Positions 31,279-57,754 of a DNA stretch of 57,907 nucleotides are shown here, piece by piece. Each line of letters starts with the position of its first letter. The first letter of the stretch is position 1. Position numbers and translations under genes: made by a program. Where the stretch lies: NCBI GenBank assembly GCA_002269645.1, contig NIVC01002924.1:1-57907 (forward strand), given 5' to 3'. Below the pieces are notes generated by a model. The model saw only the letters and a list, made by a program, of their open reading frames with translations, was not told the origin of the DNA and searched no databases. The DNA is from Macrostomum lignano. Lineage: Eukaryota.

Positions 31279-32031
31279 ATGTCGCTCTGGATTGCACCAA
31301 GCACGTTTTCGCGAACGCTGCCATTGGTCTCCATGACCGGCCTAGACGACTGGCTGCTGCCACAATACGATCCTTTGGTGCAGCTCCTAAGGAATAGAGG
31401 CACGAGGCGGCCGCGAATGTGGAACTATTCGATTGACCTGCACGGGTTCTCGCCCGAAGAAGTTTCTGTCAAGCGGGAGAAGCAAAAGTTGCGCATTGTG
31501 GCTCGGCACGAGAGCGGAGAAGACGTCACCGAGGTGAAGCGCACGGTTGAGCTGCCGGATGAAGTTGATGCCGAGAAACTGAACAGCCGCTTCTCCAGCG
31601 ACGGCGTTCTGCTCTTGCATGCGCCGTACAAGGAGCAGAAGCCAAAGCAGAGGCAGGCGCAGAAGCGTCATCAAGAAACGTCGGTCTGGGACGAGCTGCG
31701 CGACCTTCTCCGAGGCCAGGATCTGAAATCGGAGGCCAACGGTCAAATCGTGGAATCGAAAGACGGCGCCAAGCGATTCAAAGCTGAGCTGTCTGTCCGC
31801 GAGTTCAAGCCGGACGAAATTCGCGTCCGCCAGCAGGACGACTGCATCGTGGTCGAGGCCGAGCACAAGGAGGAGAGCGGCGGCCAGAAGATGCACAGGC
31901 GACTGGAGAGGCTCTACCAGCTGCCCGGGGGCGCCAAGCTGGACCAGGTTGTCAGCAAGCTCAGCCACGACGGTCGTCTCTGCATCGAAGCCCCGATGGA
32001 GGCACCGCCGGCTAGGAAGCAGCCGCAGTGA
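31279..32031 (+). CDS. Small heat-shock protein with two alpha-crystallin domains (p40/major egg antigen type), 250 aa
   Basis: Domain 1 is IDLHGFSPEEVSVK...RTVELPDEVDAEKLNSRFSSDGVLLLHAP; domain 2 is LSVREFKPDEIRV...YQLPGGAKLDQVVSKLSHDGRLCIEAP. The first ATG is at 31279; the listed TTG start at 31111 lies upstream of the TATA box. Confidence 0.92.
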   Translation: MSLWIAPSTFSRTLPLVSMTGLDDWLLPQYDPLVQLLRNRGTRRPRMWNYSIDLHGFSPEEVSVKREKQKLRIVARHESGEDVTEVKRTVELPDEVDAEKLNSRFSSDGVLLLHAPYKEQKPKQRQAQKRHQETSVWDELRDLLRGQDLKSEANGQIVESKDGAKRFKAELSVREFKPDEIRVRQQDDCIVVEAEHKEESGGQKMHRRLERLYQLPGGAKLDQVVSKLSHDGRLCIEAPMEAPPARKQPQ

Positions 32032-32795
32032 AGGACGTCCCGATGGAGATTGAGCGGCCGCAGCAGCCGCAGGTGGCGAATGGCGACTGCGATAACGGCG
32101 CTGGAAAGACAGCGACAAGGAGAAGAAGTGAGGAACTGCAATGGAATTTACTCCTGACTCAAAGCTGAGTTGAACTTAATAATGCGACCTTTAAATCCAG
32201 TCTTGCACTTGTTACTTACGATATTGTACACCAATTCACGTTTATAGTGTAGGTATAGGAAGTTGTCTGCGTCATTGTTTAATTATCATTTCCTATTCAC
32301 ATGTACAATTAATCTACTACATATATGTATGTAACTGCATATTTCAAAACTTACGGTATTACTCACTGTGTCTGTAATTTTAGTGTTGCACCTACCATCT
32401 CTGCTGTGTACCCCGCTCACTAAATTCCAGTCTCAAATATACAGCAGCTTACAGATTGTTATAGTGTATATAATTTGTGTACAAAAACTTTTGTTTAACC
32501 CTGGTTGTTTTTTAATCTACGAGCGTAAAACAGTTAAGATAGCACTGCTGCTTCTCAGGAAGTGCTATCATTGCAATACCTCGTAGATATTGAGCTCATA
32601 TCACTTTAAAATCATGATGTTCAATTGCATGGCTAATGCAAAATGAGGCAAAGACAACTCAGGCAGCACGATGGTGCAAATGCGGTTCGCAGCTGCAGCA
32701 GCAGGCCTCGTGTATTTCTGCTAGTTAACCAGCCATACGCCGGTACTCAGCATTGCTGCAGTGGAAAATCCCCAGTCCAAGGTCAGTCCAGCAGT

Positions 32796-33464
32796 TTAGC
32801 TGTCGGGGGTCGGCAGGCCCTTGGTCTTCTCGCTGCACGGCTTTCTGCCCTCTCCGCGCTTCGGCTTGTAGAACTTGGCGCTGGCGCACAGCTCGGGCAG
32901 CTCGAAGTACTTGTCCTTGGGCTGGTGGAAGCCGAAGAAGAAGAGAATACCGCCGGAGCACTGGCCGTTCTTCCTGTACTTCTTCTTGATGAGGATCGGC
33001 ACGCAGCGGTCATCGATGACGCCGCCCAGCTTGATGGAGAGGTCGCCCTTGGTCATGCGGCCGCAGTGCACGCTGATGGGCACCTTGCGGCTGGTGACGG
33101 TGGAGCGGGCCACCACGCGGTTGTTCGGCCACATCTTGGGGCACAGGGTGAGGAAGTACTTGGCGTGGCTCACGGGGATCTTCACGCACCGGGCGTTGGC
33201 GGCGCTGGTGCCCCAGGCGTAGTAGCCGACGCCGGCCTCGAAGTCGAACATGGTGTAGTGGTGTCCGGAGTAGTTCTGGGACTTCACCTTGAAGTAGGCG
33301 GCCACCTTCTTCTTCTCCTTGGAGCCGGCGATGCCTCCCAGCAGCTTGAGGTAGGTGCCGTTGTGGTAGCCGAGACCGGCCACTCCGATGGCTCCCTCTC
33401 TGGGCGGGTTCTCGCAGGCCAGGGCGGTGGCCACCAGGGCGGTGAGCAGCAGCAGCAGCTTCAT
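32796..33464 (-). CDS. Secreted, basic, cysteine-rich ependymin-related protein (222 aa)
   Basis: Signal peptide MKLLLLLTALVATALA, then CxxP (CENP), DFxxGVxY...CxK, CxP (RCVPI) and a C-terminal FxxPxxC (YFELPELC): the ependymin cysteine skeleton as I recall it. Strongly biased third-position GC. Confidence 0.65.
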   Translation of the reverse strand: MKLLLLLTALVATALACENPPREGAIGVAGLGYHNGTYLKLLGGIAGSKEKKKVAAYFKVKSQNYSGHHYTMFDFEAGVGYYAWGTSAANARCVKIPVSHAKYFLTLCPKMWPNNRVVARSTVTSRKVPISVHCGRMTKGDLSIKLGGVIDDRCVPILIKKKYRKNGQCSGGILFFFGFHQPKDKYFELPELCASAKFYKPKRGEGRKPCSEKTKGLPTPDS

Positions 33465-34199
33465 CTTGAGTCAGAGAGTCTGGATGTCCGGCAGTGAGAA
33501 ATCGAGTGGACTTGATGGACTCTGGTCGCTGGCCAGGGGTGCTTTTTATGCACCTGGACTGCTTGACCACCTGGCAACTCGGCGTTCAAACATTTGGCAA
33601 CAGAATTTGTTGGCAACCAGCAGGTGCGCAAATTGATGCTCATGGCTGCTGCCGGTGTTTGCTCGGGGATCGATGGTCAGCTGACTTGAGCACCGCTTTT
33701 CTGCTTGCCGATTCCATAGCGCTCTGGACACGGCGCCAGAAAGTTTATGTTGGATTTTACATTGTGACAATCCGAGCCTTTGTTTGCTTGACTTTGCATG
33801 CAGAGTTTCAGCTGGCTCAACCGCGAATACTGCAGGTAAAATTGCTGAGATTGCAGGAATTGATTTTTTCAGGTGAATTGAGAATTTTCTGAATTTTTTG
33901 GCAACAGGGGTCGCCGACAGCGAAAGGACGGCGATGGGCAAAGGTTTTGAGTTTTCGATTGGCATTGTCTCGCTTGGCATTGTCTGGATAGCCAGACAAA
34001 TTGTTTGAAAATGAGACGTCAAGCTTATGCGAAAATCGTAATTATTTGTTAAATCCCATTATTGGACTGGCAAAAAGTGTAAAATCGTAGGAAATTTCCC
34101 ATTCTTTTGTCAAAAAAGGAAATTGTGGGAACTGGCCGCTGATACGCTGTTTCCATTCTGGAGGCTTCACTTTGCATAGACAGACTAGAGACAAATGAG

Positions 34200-34780
34200 T
34201 GACTGTGGCGCTCAAATGAGTGCCTGCAGTGCCAAAATGAGTGCCCGCAGTGCCAAAGTGAGTGACTGCAGTGTCAAAGTGAGTGCCAAAGTGCCAAAGT
34301 GAGTGACTGCAGTGTCAAAGTGAGTGCCAAAGTGCCAAAGTGAGTGACTGCAGTGTCAAAGTGAGTGCCAAAGTGCCAAAGTGAGTGACTGCAGTGTCAA
34401 AGTGAGTGACTGCAGTGTCAAAGTGAGTGCCCTGCAGTGCCAAAGTGAGTGACTGCAGTGCCAAAGTGAGTGACTGCAGTGTCAAAGTGAACGCCTGCAG
34501 TGTCAAAGTGAGTGACTGCAGTGTCAAAGTGAGTGCCTGCAGTGTCAAAGTGAACGCCTGCAGTGTCAAAGTGAGTGACTGCAGTGTCAAAGTGAGTGCC
34601 TGCAGTGTCAAAGTGAGTGCCTGCAGTGTCAAAGCGAGTGACTGCAGTGTCAAAGCGAGTGACTGCAGTGTCAAAGCGAGTGACTGCAGTGTCAAAGTGA
34701 GTGACTGCAGTGTCAAAGCGAGTGACTGCAGTGTCAAAGCGAGTGACTGCAGTGTCAAAGTGAGTGACTGCAGTGTCAAA
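34200..34780. repeat. 21-bp minisatellite (GTGACTGCAGTGTCAAAGTGA and variants)
   Basis: Tandem units seen directly; the left end resembles the 11690-12040 unit. Confidence 0.92.
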
Positions 34781-35229
34781 GTCGAGTTGCAGTGGCGCAG
34801 GAACGAGACCATCTGTGGGTAAAGACAAATTGAGGATAACATCGACCATGGGCTGGACTTGGTGTTCTGCCTGCCGCCTGGCAACAAGAAGCAGTGTTTC
34901 GACGCCATCAAGTGCCCAGTCAGCGCGTCTTCACCAAGAACATCGGCAACCCGGCCAAGGTTGATGTCGGTTGCTACGAAGGTGGCCCTGCAGATCTCCT
35001 GCAAGCTGGGCGACGTTGCCTGGGCTGTGAGCATCCCGATGAAGCGCACCATGATCGTCGGGATGGACAGTTACATGTATCATGACAAGCGGCAGAGCGT
35101 CTCTAAGCAGGGCGTGGTGTTCTCGCTGAACGAGACCTTCACGACCAGTCCTACTCGAACTCACCCATCGTGACGGGAGGCAAAGCTGAGCTGCACAACA
35201 GGCTGGAGGTCGGCTTCACTTCAAGACTC
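34781..35229 (+). pseudogene. Piwi-like Argonaute fragment (MID/PIWI junction), disrupted
   Basis: LDLVFCLPPGNKKQCFDAIK / PSQRVFTKNIGNPAK / MSVATKVALQISCKLGDVAWAVSIPMKRTMIVGMDSY..H / VVFSLNETFT / QSYS...KAELHNRLEVGF align to the PIWI consensus (YDAIK..PSQ..ATKIALQMNCKMGGELW.V.IPLK..MIVGID). In-frame TAA at 34820-22 and frame switches near 34912, 34958 and 35140. Confidence 0.85.
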
Positions 35230-36699
35230 CATATATAATTGACTGCTATAATTAAAGCTATACATATACTTTGAATGACAAGCTGATCCTGACGCTCTTG
35301 AGGGCTGGCAGGCATGCATGTATCATAAGCCAAATCATGGGGTTCATCTTCTTCGCTTGTCGTCAACGGTTTTCTAAAAATAACCGCGAAGCCTCTCTAC
35401 AGGTACCTTGGGACTTGGGTCCTTTGAAACTTCACAACAGCAATCCGGCCCGCTCCATGTTTGTGTCTCTTCTCGATTCTCAATTCTCTCATCTATTTCC
35501 TCTTATCTCTCCTCTCCCCAGCTCCTTTTCTCTCTCACCTGGCCTGCGGCCATAAGCTTGGATTCTCTTTAGGTTTGCCGACGCCTGGGACTCTAAATCA
35601 TCATCCTGAACGCTTACCATATTTGGCACTTCTGCATATGGGCCACTTAGGCATGGTGCAACAGTTTCTCTACTATCAGCTCAGTAGTAAGTAGGAATGA
35701 CTAAGCTATTTTATGAAAAGAAAGGTAGTTGGAGTGACTCGCAGACACAAACAGCTGGCTATTTGGTGCAGCCGTAATGTACATTAGGCCAGCCAGAGCC
35801 TCTGAGAATGTACATGCCGGCTTTATGCAGCACTAGGAAGGGCAATAAAAATGGGGGCAGAGATTTCGTGAGGAAAGGCGCGGTTGGAGGGGTTCACGGG
35901 AGGGGGTTCAGAGGGCCAATAAATGAGTCTTGTCCTTAAAATACGTTAAAATGCTTCTATTTAAACTCACTACTGAGCTGAAAGTAGCCTACACGCACAT
36001 GTGCTGAGTGGCCGAAAATGAAATGAATATTTAGCGCAACAACCAATGTCGATTGAATCAGTTTCATTTGAAATTCAACTTTCGGATTTTATTAATTTTG
36101 AATTCCGCATCAGTACAAAGCCAGCAGCTGATGCAGCAGACTAAGAAAACAGAGACTGTGAGGCAGGCGTTCTTCGTAAATTATTAGCCAAGCGTGGCGT
36201 CGGAGTTGAGACAAGAAGCATAGCGATAACAAAATAGAAAATTGCAAACTTGCTGCCATAAGTGATTTTCATTAATAGTCTTGAAGTAGCGTCGGAGAAG
36301 CTGCATTAAAAAGCATCAATTAGTCGGTCATTAGGAATGAACTGTAAACGAAGCTGTGCGCAGTAATGGAATTTAGTTGGCGCGGGGAGGGGGTCGTAAA
36401 TCACGCATGCTATGTACAATTGTACATACATGTACTGGAAAAGCCAATGAGGACTTGCACTGAATGCATCATACAGAAATAAAAATCTTCAATCCGGATT
36501 AGCAAATCAGCCAATATTGACATATACGGATCAATGAGAACTGTTTATGAAAATTTACAAGTAATGCAAATTGATCGGGCAACAGCGGCGCTGAACTTTG
36601 CATGAGGAGTTCATTCGCTTTACAAGAATTGGTTCGAGTGGAGTCGCACGAGGTGGGTGCGGGTTCTCTCACAGATTGACTCGTCACTTCACTTTTAAT

Positions 36700-37205
36700 T
36701 CGGCTTCCCCGCTTCACTTCTCCGCTTCTCCGCTCCTCCGCTCCCCCACTTCTCCACTCTCCCGCTTCTCCGCTCCCCCACTTCTCCGCTCCCCCACTTC
36801 TCCACTCTCCCGCTTCTCCGCTCCCCCACTTCTCCGCTCCCCCACTTCTCCGCTCCCCACTTCTCCACTCTCCCGCTTCTCCGCTCCCCCGCTTCTCCGC
36901 TCCCCACTTCTCCACTCTCCCACTTCTCCACTCCCCCACTTCTCCACTCTCCCGCTTCTCCGCTACCCCACTTCTCCGCTCCCCACTTCTCCACTCTCCC
37001 ACTTCTCCGCTCCCCCACTTCTCCGCTCCCCCACTTCTCCACTCCCCCACTTCTCCGCTCCCCCACTTCTCCGCTCCCCCACTTCTCCACTCTCCCACTT
37101 CTCCACTCCCCCACTTCTCCGCTCCCCCACTTCTCCGCTCCCCCACTTCTCCACTCCCCCGCTTCTCCGCTCCCCCACTTCTCCGCTCCCCCACTTCTCC
37201 GCTCC
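36700..37205. repeat. About 14-16 bp pyrimidine-rich minisatellite (CTTCTCCGCTCCCCCA)
   Basis: Tandem units just 3' of the plexin stop codon. Confidence 0.9.
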
Positions 37206-37311
37206 CGCCACTGTGCACCGATGAGCAGGTTAAACATGAATTGAAGCGAACAGAAATTAGCTAAGAAAAGAGAGTCATCTGTTAGATGAGCTGCCCAGAG
37301 CCGCAAGAATG

Positions 37312-51480
<14,169 letters not shown>

Positions 51481-51559
51481 CTGGCAGTTCAAATCGGGTT
51501 TGGGGACTTTTGGTTGGAACTACTCACATTTTCCCACTAAAGCAAATCCCTCAGCGGTT

Positions 51560-52810
51560 TAAATAATCCCTATTCCCATCTCTGTCGATCCCTATTCCCA
51601 TCTCTGTCGATCCCTATTCCCATTTTGTCAATCCATATTCCCATCTCTTTCAATCCCTATTCCCATTTATCAATCCCTATACCCATTTATCAATCCCTAT
51701 ACCCATTTATCAATCCTATACCCATTTATCAATCCCTATTCCCATTTATCAATCCCTATACCCATTTATCAATCCCTATTCCCATTTATCAATCCCTATT
51801 CCCATTTATCAATCCCTATTCCCATTTATTAATCCCTATTCCCATTTATCAATCCCTATTCCCATTTATCAATCCCTATACCCATTTATCAATCCCTATT
51901 CCCATTTATCAATCCCTATTCCCATTTATCAATCCCTATTCTCATTTATCAATCCCTATTCCCATTTATCAATCTTTATTCCCATTTATCAATCCCTATA
52001 CCCATTTATCAATCCCTATTCCCATTTATCAATCCCTATTCTCATTTATCAATCCCTATTCCCATTTATCAATCTTTATTCCCATTTATCAATCCCTATT
52101 CCCATGAATCAACCCTATTCCTATTTATCAATCCCTATTCCCATCTCTGTCAATCCCGATTCCCATCTCTATCAATCCCTATTCCCATTTATCAATCCCT
52201 ATTCCCATTTATCAATCCTTATTCCCATTTATCAATCCCTATTCCCATTTATCAATCCTTATTCCCATTTATCAACCCTATTCCCATTTATCAATCCCTA
52301 TTCCCATTTATCAACCCTATTCCCATTTATCAATCCCTATTCCCATTTATCAATCCCTATTCCCATTTATCAATCCCTATTCCCATTTATCAACCCTATT
52401 CCCATTTATCAATCCTTATTCCCATTTATCAATCCTTATTCCCATTTATCAACCCTTATTCCCATTTATCAATCCCTATTCCCATTTATCAATCCCTATT
52501 CCCATTTATCAACCTTTATTCCCATTTATCAATCCCTATTCCCATTTATCAATCCCTATTCCCATTTATCAATCCTTATTCCCATTTATCAACCCTTATT
52601 CCCATTTATCAATCCCTATTCCCATTTATCAATCCCTATTCCCATTTATCAACCCTATTCCCATCTCTGTGAATCCCTATTCCCATTTATCCATCCATAT
52701 TCCTATTTATCAATCTCTATTCCCATCTCTGTCAATCCCGATTCCCATCTCTATCAATCCCTATTCCCATCTCTGTGAATCCCTATTCCCATCTCTGTGA
52801 ATCCCTATTC
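51560..52810. repeat. 20-bp minisatellite (TCAATCCCTATTCCCATTTA)
   Basis: Tandem units seen directly. Confidence 0.93.
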
Positions 52811-53379
52811 CGGACAACCAATACACGAGCTAGTACCCTGATTCCTATGCCTTCAATTGTATAACATTAAAATATTTTTTTTCACCATAAAAACGAAAAA
52901 GATCACAGCTTTACGAGCTTGAATAAAAAGTTTTATACTGGTTTTTTTCTAAATAAAAACTTTCAGTTCCACCAGAGTTTTAAATAAAATTGCGAAGCTG
53001 GGGAAATAGATCCGGATGAGGCAGGGAAGCTGGGCTGGAACTAGAACCCTATTGTTACTGGTACGCGTAAATTAGTTAAACTATATATCAGGTGATAGTT
53101 TAATCGTTCTGGTACGATGATAAAAATGCAGCGCTGGTTCAGGTGCGCATTTTCACCCAACAGTGACTGACAGACTGTGGGAGGCACTGATCCCTTCCAA
53201 AACTGCGGGTTAATCGACCGGCACTCCTCGTTAGCTCGTATATGAAGGCTAAGGTGTAAAAAACCAGAAATTCGTCCTTGATGGCGCCCTTGATGGGGTG
53301 ACCTGAAGCTTCTAAATCGCTCCTGAAGCGGCAAAGTGGTCCTTGAAGTACCTAAAAGGTTCCTGAAGCATCTAAGTGG

Positions 53380-54265
53380 TATTAGTACCCCCTGAAGCCA
53401 TGAAGTGCCTAAGTGGTCTCAGTACCCCCTCCCCCTGAAGCCATGAAGTGCCTAAGTGGTCTCAGTACCCCCTGAAGCCATGAAGTGCCTAAGTGGTCTC
53501 AGTACCCCCTCCCCTGAAGCCATGAAGTGCCTAAGTGGTCTCAGTACCCCTCCCCTGAAGCCATGAAGTGCCTAAGTGGTCTCAGTACCCCCTGAAGCCA
53601 TGAAGTGCCTAAGTGGTCTCAGTACCCCCTGAAGCCATGAAGTGCCTAAGTGGTCTCAGTACCCCCTGAAGCCATGAAGTGCCTAAGTGGTCTCAGTACC
53701 CCCTGAAGCCATGAAGTGCCTAAGTGGTCTCAGTACCCCCTCCCCTGAAGCCATGAAGTACCTAAGTGGTCTCAGTACCCCCTGAAGCCATGAAGTGCCT
53801 AAGTGGTCTCAGTACCCCCTCCCCCTGAAGCCATGAAGTGCCTAAGTGGTCTCAGTACCCCCTGAAGCCATGAAGTGCCTAAGTGGTCTCAGTACCCCCT
53901 CCCCTGAAGCCATGAAGTGCCTAAGTGGTCTCAGTACCCCCTGAAGCCATGAAGTGCCTAAGTGGTCTCAGTACCCCCTGAAGCCATGAAGTGCCTAAGT
54001 GGTCTCAGTACCCCCTCCCCTGAAGCCATGAAGTACCTAAGTGGTCTCAGTACCCCCTGAAGCCATGAAGTGCCTAAGTGGTATCAGTACCCCCTCCCCC
54101 TGAAGCCATGAAGTGCCTAAGTGGTCTCAGTACCCCTCCCCTGAAGCCATGAAGTACCTAAGTGGTCTCAGTACCCCCTGAAGCCATGAAGTGCCTAAGT
54201 GGTCTCAGTACCCCCTCCCCCTGAAGCCATGAAGTGCCTAAGTGGTCTCAGTACCCCCTGAAGCC
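53380..54265. repeat. 37-43 bp minisatellite (CCCTGAAGCCATGAAGTGCCTAAGTGGTCTCAGTACC)
   Basis: Tandem units that differ in C-run length. Confidence 0.93.
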
Positions 54266-54879
54266 CGCAAGTGGCCCTCTCAAGCCTACGACCTCTTGGT
54301 AAGAATCTGGTTTAATAAAAGATTCAGTGGCTACTAATATAAAATAACATACTCAACTACTAAAAGTAGGCGTACGGCTTACTACTGTCGATAGAAACAC
54401 ATCACTCTCCTAGTTAGGCAGTCCAACTGCACCTGCCTTTGATTTCGTAATGTGATAAAGAGCTGAATGCTCAGTGCAGTGAGCTGTGCAAATTTCATAT
54501 GCAATCTAAGAAGCAAATGTCAGCTACGAGGTCGCAATTGTCGGGTGAGGGCAGCCAAACCCAGAGGAGGCTCGCAAACTCAAAACAGCCACCACCCCAA
54601 CACTTTCCTAATATGGCAGCCGGCAGGGGTTGCCCTCTCCGATTCATAGAAGCATTAATAAAGCATATACGGTCGTATCTATTTTTGTCTTGCTGTCCTC
54701 TGCTTTAAAATGGTAATAACTTTTTTAAAAGAATCGACTTGCTGGCCGGTGTAAGAAATTTGAGTGCAGACTGCAGAGTAGGTGGCCAGCCGCTTTAAAT
54801 CGGGGGCTAACAAAATTTTTTACATCAGGGGCCAGATAAATAATCCCATGGCTGCGGGCCAGATCAGAGAGAAAAAGAG

Positions 54880-55880
54880 AGGGAATAGAGGAGAGAGGAG
54901 AGAGGAGAGAGAAGAGGAGATGAGAGAAGAAGAGAGAGAAGAGAGAGGAAAAATGAGAGATGAGAGAGGAAAGAGGGGAAAGAGGAGAGAAGAGGGAGAG
55001 AGAGAAGTGAAGGAAGAAGGGAGAGAGGAGAGGAGAGAGAGGGGAGAGAAGAGGAGAGAGAGGGGAGAGAAGAGGAGAGGGGAGAAAGGAGAGAAGAAAG
55101 AGATGGGAGAGAGGAGAGGAGAGGGAGAGAGAGAAGTGAAGGAAGAAGGGAGAGAGGAGAGGAGAGAGAGGGGAGAGAAGAGGAGAGAGAGGGGAGAGAA
55201 GAGGAGAGGTGAGAAAGGAGAGAAGAAAGAGATGGGAGAGAGGAGAGGAAAGAGAAGGGAGAGAAGAGGAGAGGGGAGAAAGGAGAGAAGAAAGAGATGG
55301 GAGAGAGAAGAGGAAAGAGAAGGGAGAGAAGAGGAGAGGGGAGAAAGGAGAGAAGAAAGAGATGGGAGAGAGAAGAGGAGAGAGAGGGGAGAGAAGAGGA
55401 GAGGGGAGAAAGGAGAGAAGAAAGAGATGGGAGAGAGGAGAGGAGAGAGAGGGGAGAGAAGAGGGGAGAAAGGAGAGAAGAAAGAGATGGGAGAGAGGAG
55501 AGGAGAGAGAGGGGAGAGAAGAGGAGAGGGGAGAAAGGAGAGAAGAAAGAGATGGGAGAGAGGAGAGGAGAGAGAGGGGAGAGAAGAGGAGAGGGGAGAA
55601 AGGAGAGAAGAAAGAGATGGGAGAGAGGAGAGGAGAGAGAGGGGAGAGAAGAGGAGAGGGGAGAAAGGAGAGAAGAAAGAGATGGGAGAGAGGAGAGGAG
55701 AGAGGGGAGAGAAGAGGAGAGGGGAGAAAGGAGAGAAGAAAGAGATGGGAGAGAGGAGAGGAGAAAGAGGGGAGAAGAGGAGACGGGAGATAAGAGGAGA
55801 GGGGAGAAAGAGAGAAGAAAGAGATGGAGAGGAGAGTAGAGAGAGGGGAGAGAAGAGGAGAGGGGAGAAATGAGAGAAGA
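54880..55880. repeat. Polypurine (GA-rich) complex repeat
   Basis: Almost exclusively G/A on the plus strand, with recurring GAGAAGAAAGAGATGGGAGAG blocks. Confidence 0.92.
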
Positions 55881-57149
55881 GAGGATGCCGACCCATGCTT
55901 TAAACCTTGCCGGTTAAATTTCAGTTCAAGCCAAGCCCAGCTAAAGCCAAACAAATTCAAGCTATAAATAGATAAAAAATAAATAAATAGCTTTCCAGCT
56001 TGTGACATTTTAAGCTGGCGACAGCGACCCAAACCATCATATCAAGCTAGCATGTTTCTAGCAGATTCACAGTTTGCAGTGCAGCTTTGCAGGATACATA
56101 CAAAGTAATATGTGGATGCCTATATTAAGCCAATATATCTATAGTTGCATTCGATTCCACAATGAGAAAATGGTCGGTCCCACGCAGTCTCTTAGCCTCT
56201 TCTCGCCTATGCACCAGCTAATAGAAGCAGAGAGAGCAGTCAGCAGCAGCAGCTGTCGCATTATCTGGAAAACTATTTGCTGCTTGTTTAACACTTGACG
56301 AGAGACAAGAAGCAGATGCAGCGCTCTAGACTGTAAAGTCCCTCTGGAGCATAAAAAAAAATAAATAAATCACGTTTCCATGCAGACTAGGCGATCGTAG
56401 CATTTCTGTATATTTGCACTGTTCGACCTTTATTTTTATCAATACATTTAGTTCAGCAATGCAGACTAGAAAATGCAATTTGCCGAGCTTTGAGACTTTC
56501 TGCAGCTAAAAATAGATCTGAGTCAATGCCAGTTCGGCTTTATTGTAGCTACTCATTTTCTGCAGATGAAGAGAAATTATCGGATCAAGGACATTGTCGG
56601 ATGCGGATATGGGATATAAGCGCTAGACGCCCCAATATCCCCAATGCCAATCAATATGCTCTAGACTCAGACAGAAATGAGTCTGCCTGGACTGAGTCAT
56701 GCTGCATCGCTCACATGGGAAAAGCAGGAAAGGCCTCCATTACTACGCAGCATCGGGCGTGGGAATTGGGAAGGAAATTTCTTGTACAACTGACTGCCGG
56801 CCGCCGTCTTTGGCCTCGAATCCTTATCAGTCGGCTTGACTTTTCTGCCCTTCATGCACTTCCCGGGCTGAGAGGAAGTTCGCTTACATCAATTGAGCCA
56901 ACTGCACGTTAGTAATCATGCGTTATTAAGTCCTTTTTCTAAAAGAATAGATGCGTGGGCGTTTTTATTTGACCAATTTGGCCGCAACTTTAATCGATGC
57001 GCCGTGACGGTTGTTAAAAGGATTAATAGGCTCATAACGTTATGATGTCATGGATTGGCTCAGTCCCGCTCAATCAGGGATTCTGAGTACGTTGCTTTTT
57101 GCTGCCCAAAGTAACCGAGAAAATTAATATGGAAAAAGTCTATTCAAGA

Positions 57150-57400
57150 GATAGATAGAAAGAGCAGAGAGGTGAGAGAACAGAGAGGAAAGAGAGAAGA
57201 GGTGAGAGAGAGTAGAGGTGAGAAAAAGCAGAGGAGAGAGCAGGGAGGTAAAAAACAGTAGAGTAAAAGAGTAGATGTGAGAGAACAGGGGTGAGAGAGT
57301 AGAGGTGAGAAAAAGAATAGGAAAGAGGCAGATAGGTAAGGGAGAGTAGAGGTGAGAGTAGAGATAAGGAGTAGATGTGAGTGAGCAAGGTGAGAGCATA
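57150..57400. repeat. Degenerate GA-rich repeat
   Basis: GAGAGTAGAGGTGAGA-type units. Confidence 0.75.
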
Positions 57401-57754
57401 CAGAAAAGCGAAAATGAGAAATTGAGAATGAATCCACACCGTGAGAAGGAAACAGGAAACTGAAATGTGAAACCAATTATCTAGATGCCATTAAGAATGA
57501 GCTTATAGCGCCTAGAGACGCCAATTTCGGGCATGCAATATTTATGACAAGATAAGAGAAAGTTGCGATGCATTGAGCTTGAGCGATGCCAAGTGAAGCT
57601 GTGCGGCGATGACGCAATCAAATTATTACGTAACCATTCCCCAGATTTAGTGGCCACTTAAAAAATAGGTGGCGAGGCTACAGGCCTCATCGTTGTTGGA
57701 CAGCAGTTGGGCCTTGAACTATATTTGAGCTAGCTTTATTAAAGTATTATAAGC

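Noticed and set aside
31387-33497. ORFs 31387..32118 (-) and 32643..33497 (+)
   Set aside because: Antisense shadows of the high-GC3 sHSP and ependymin-like genes.
53041-53334. Minus ORF (NEECRSINPQFWKGS...) as a plexin Sema-domain exon
   Set aside because: No Sema motif that I recognise and no convincing splice pair; it remains unexplained.
56490-56912. 140-aa plus-strand ORF
   Set aside because: TTG start, no domain features and no codon bias like the real exons.
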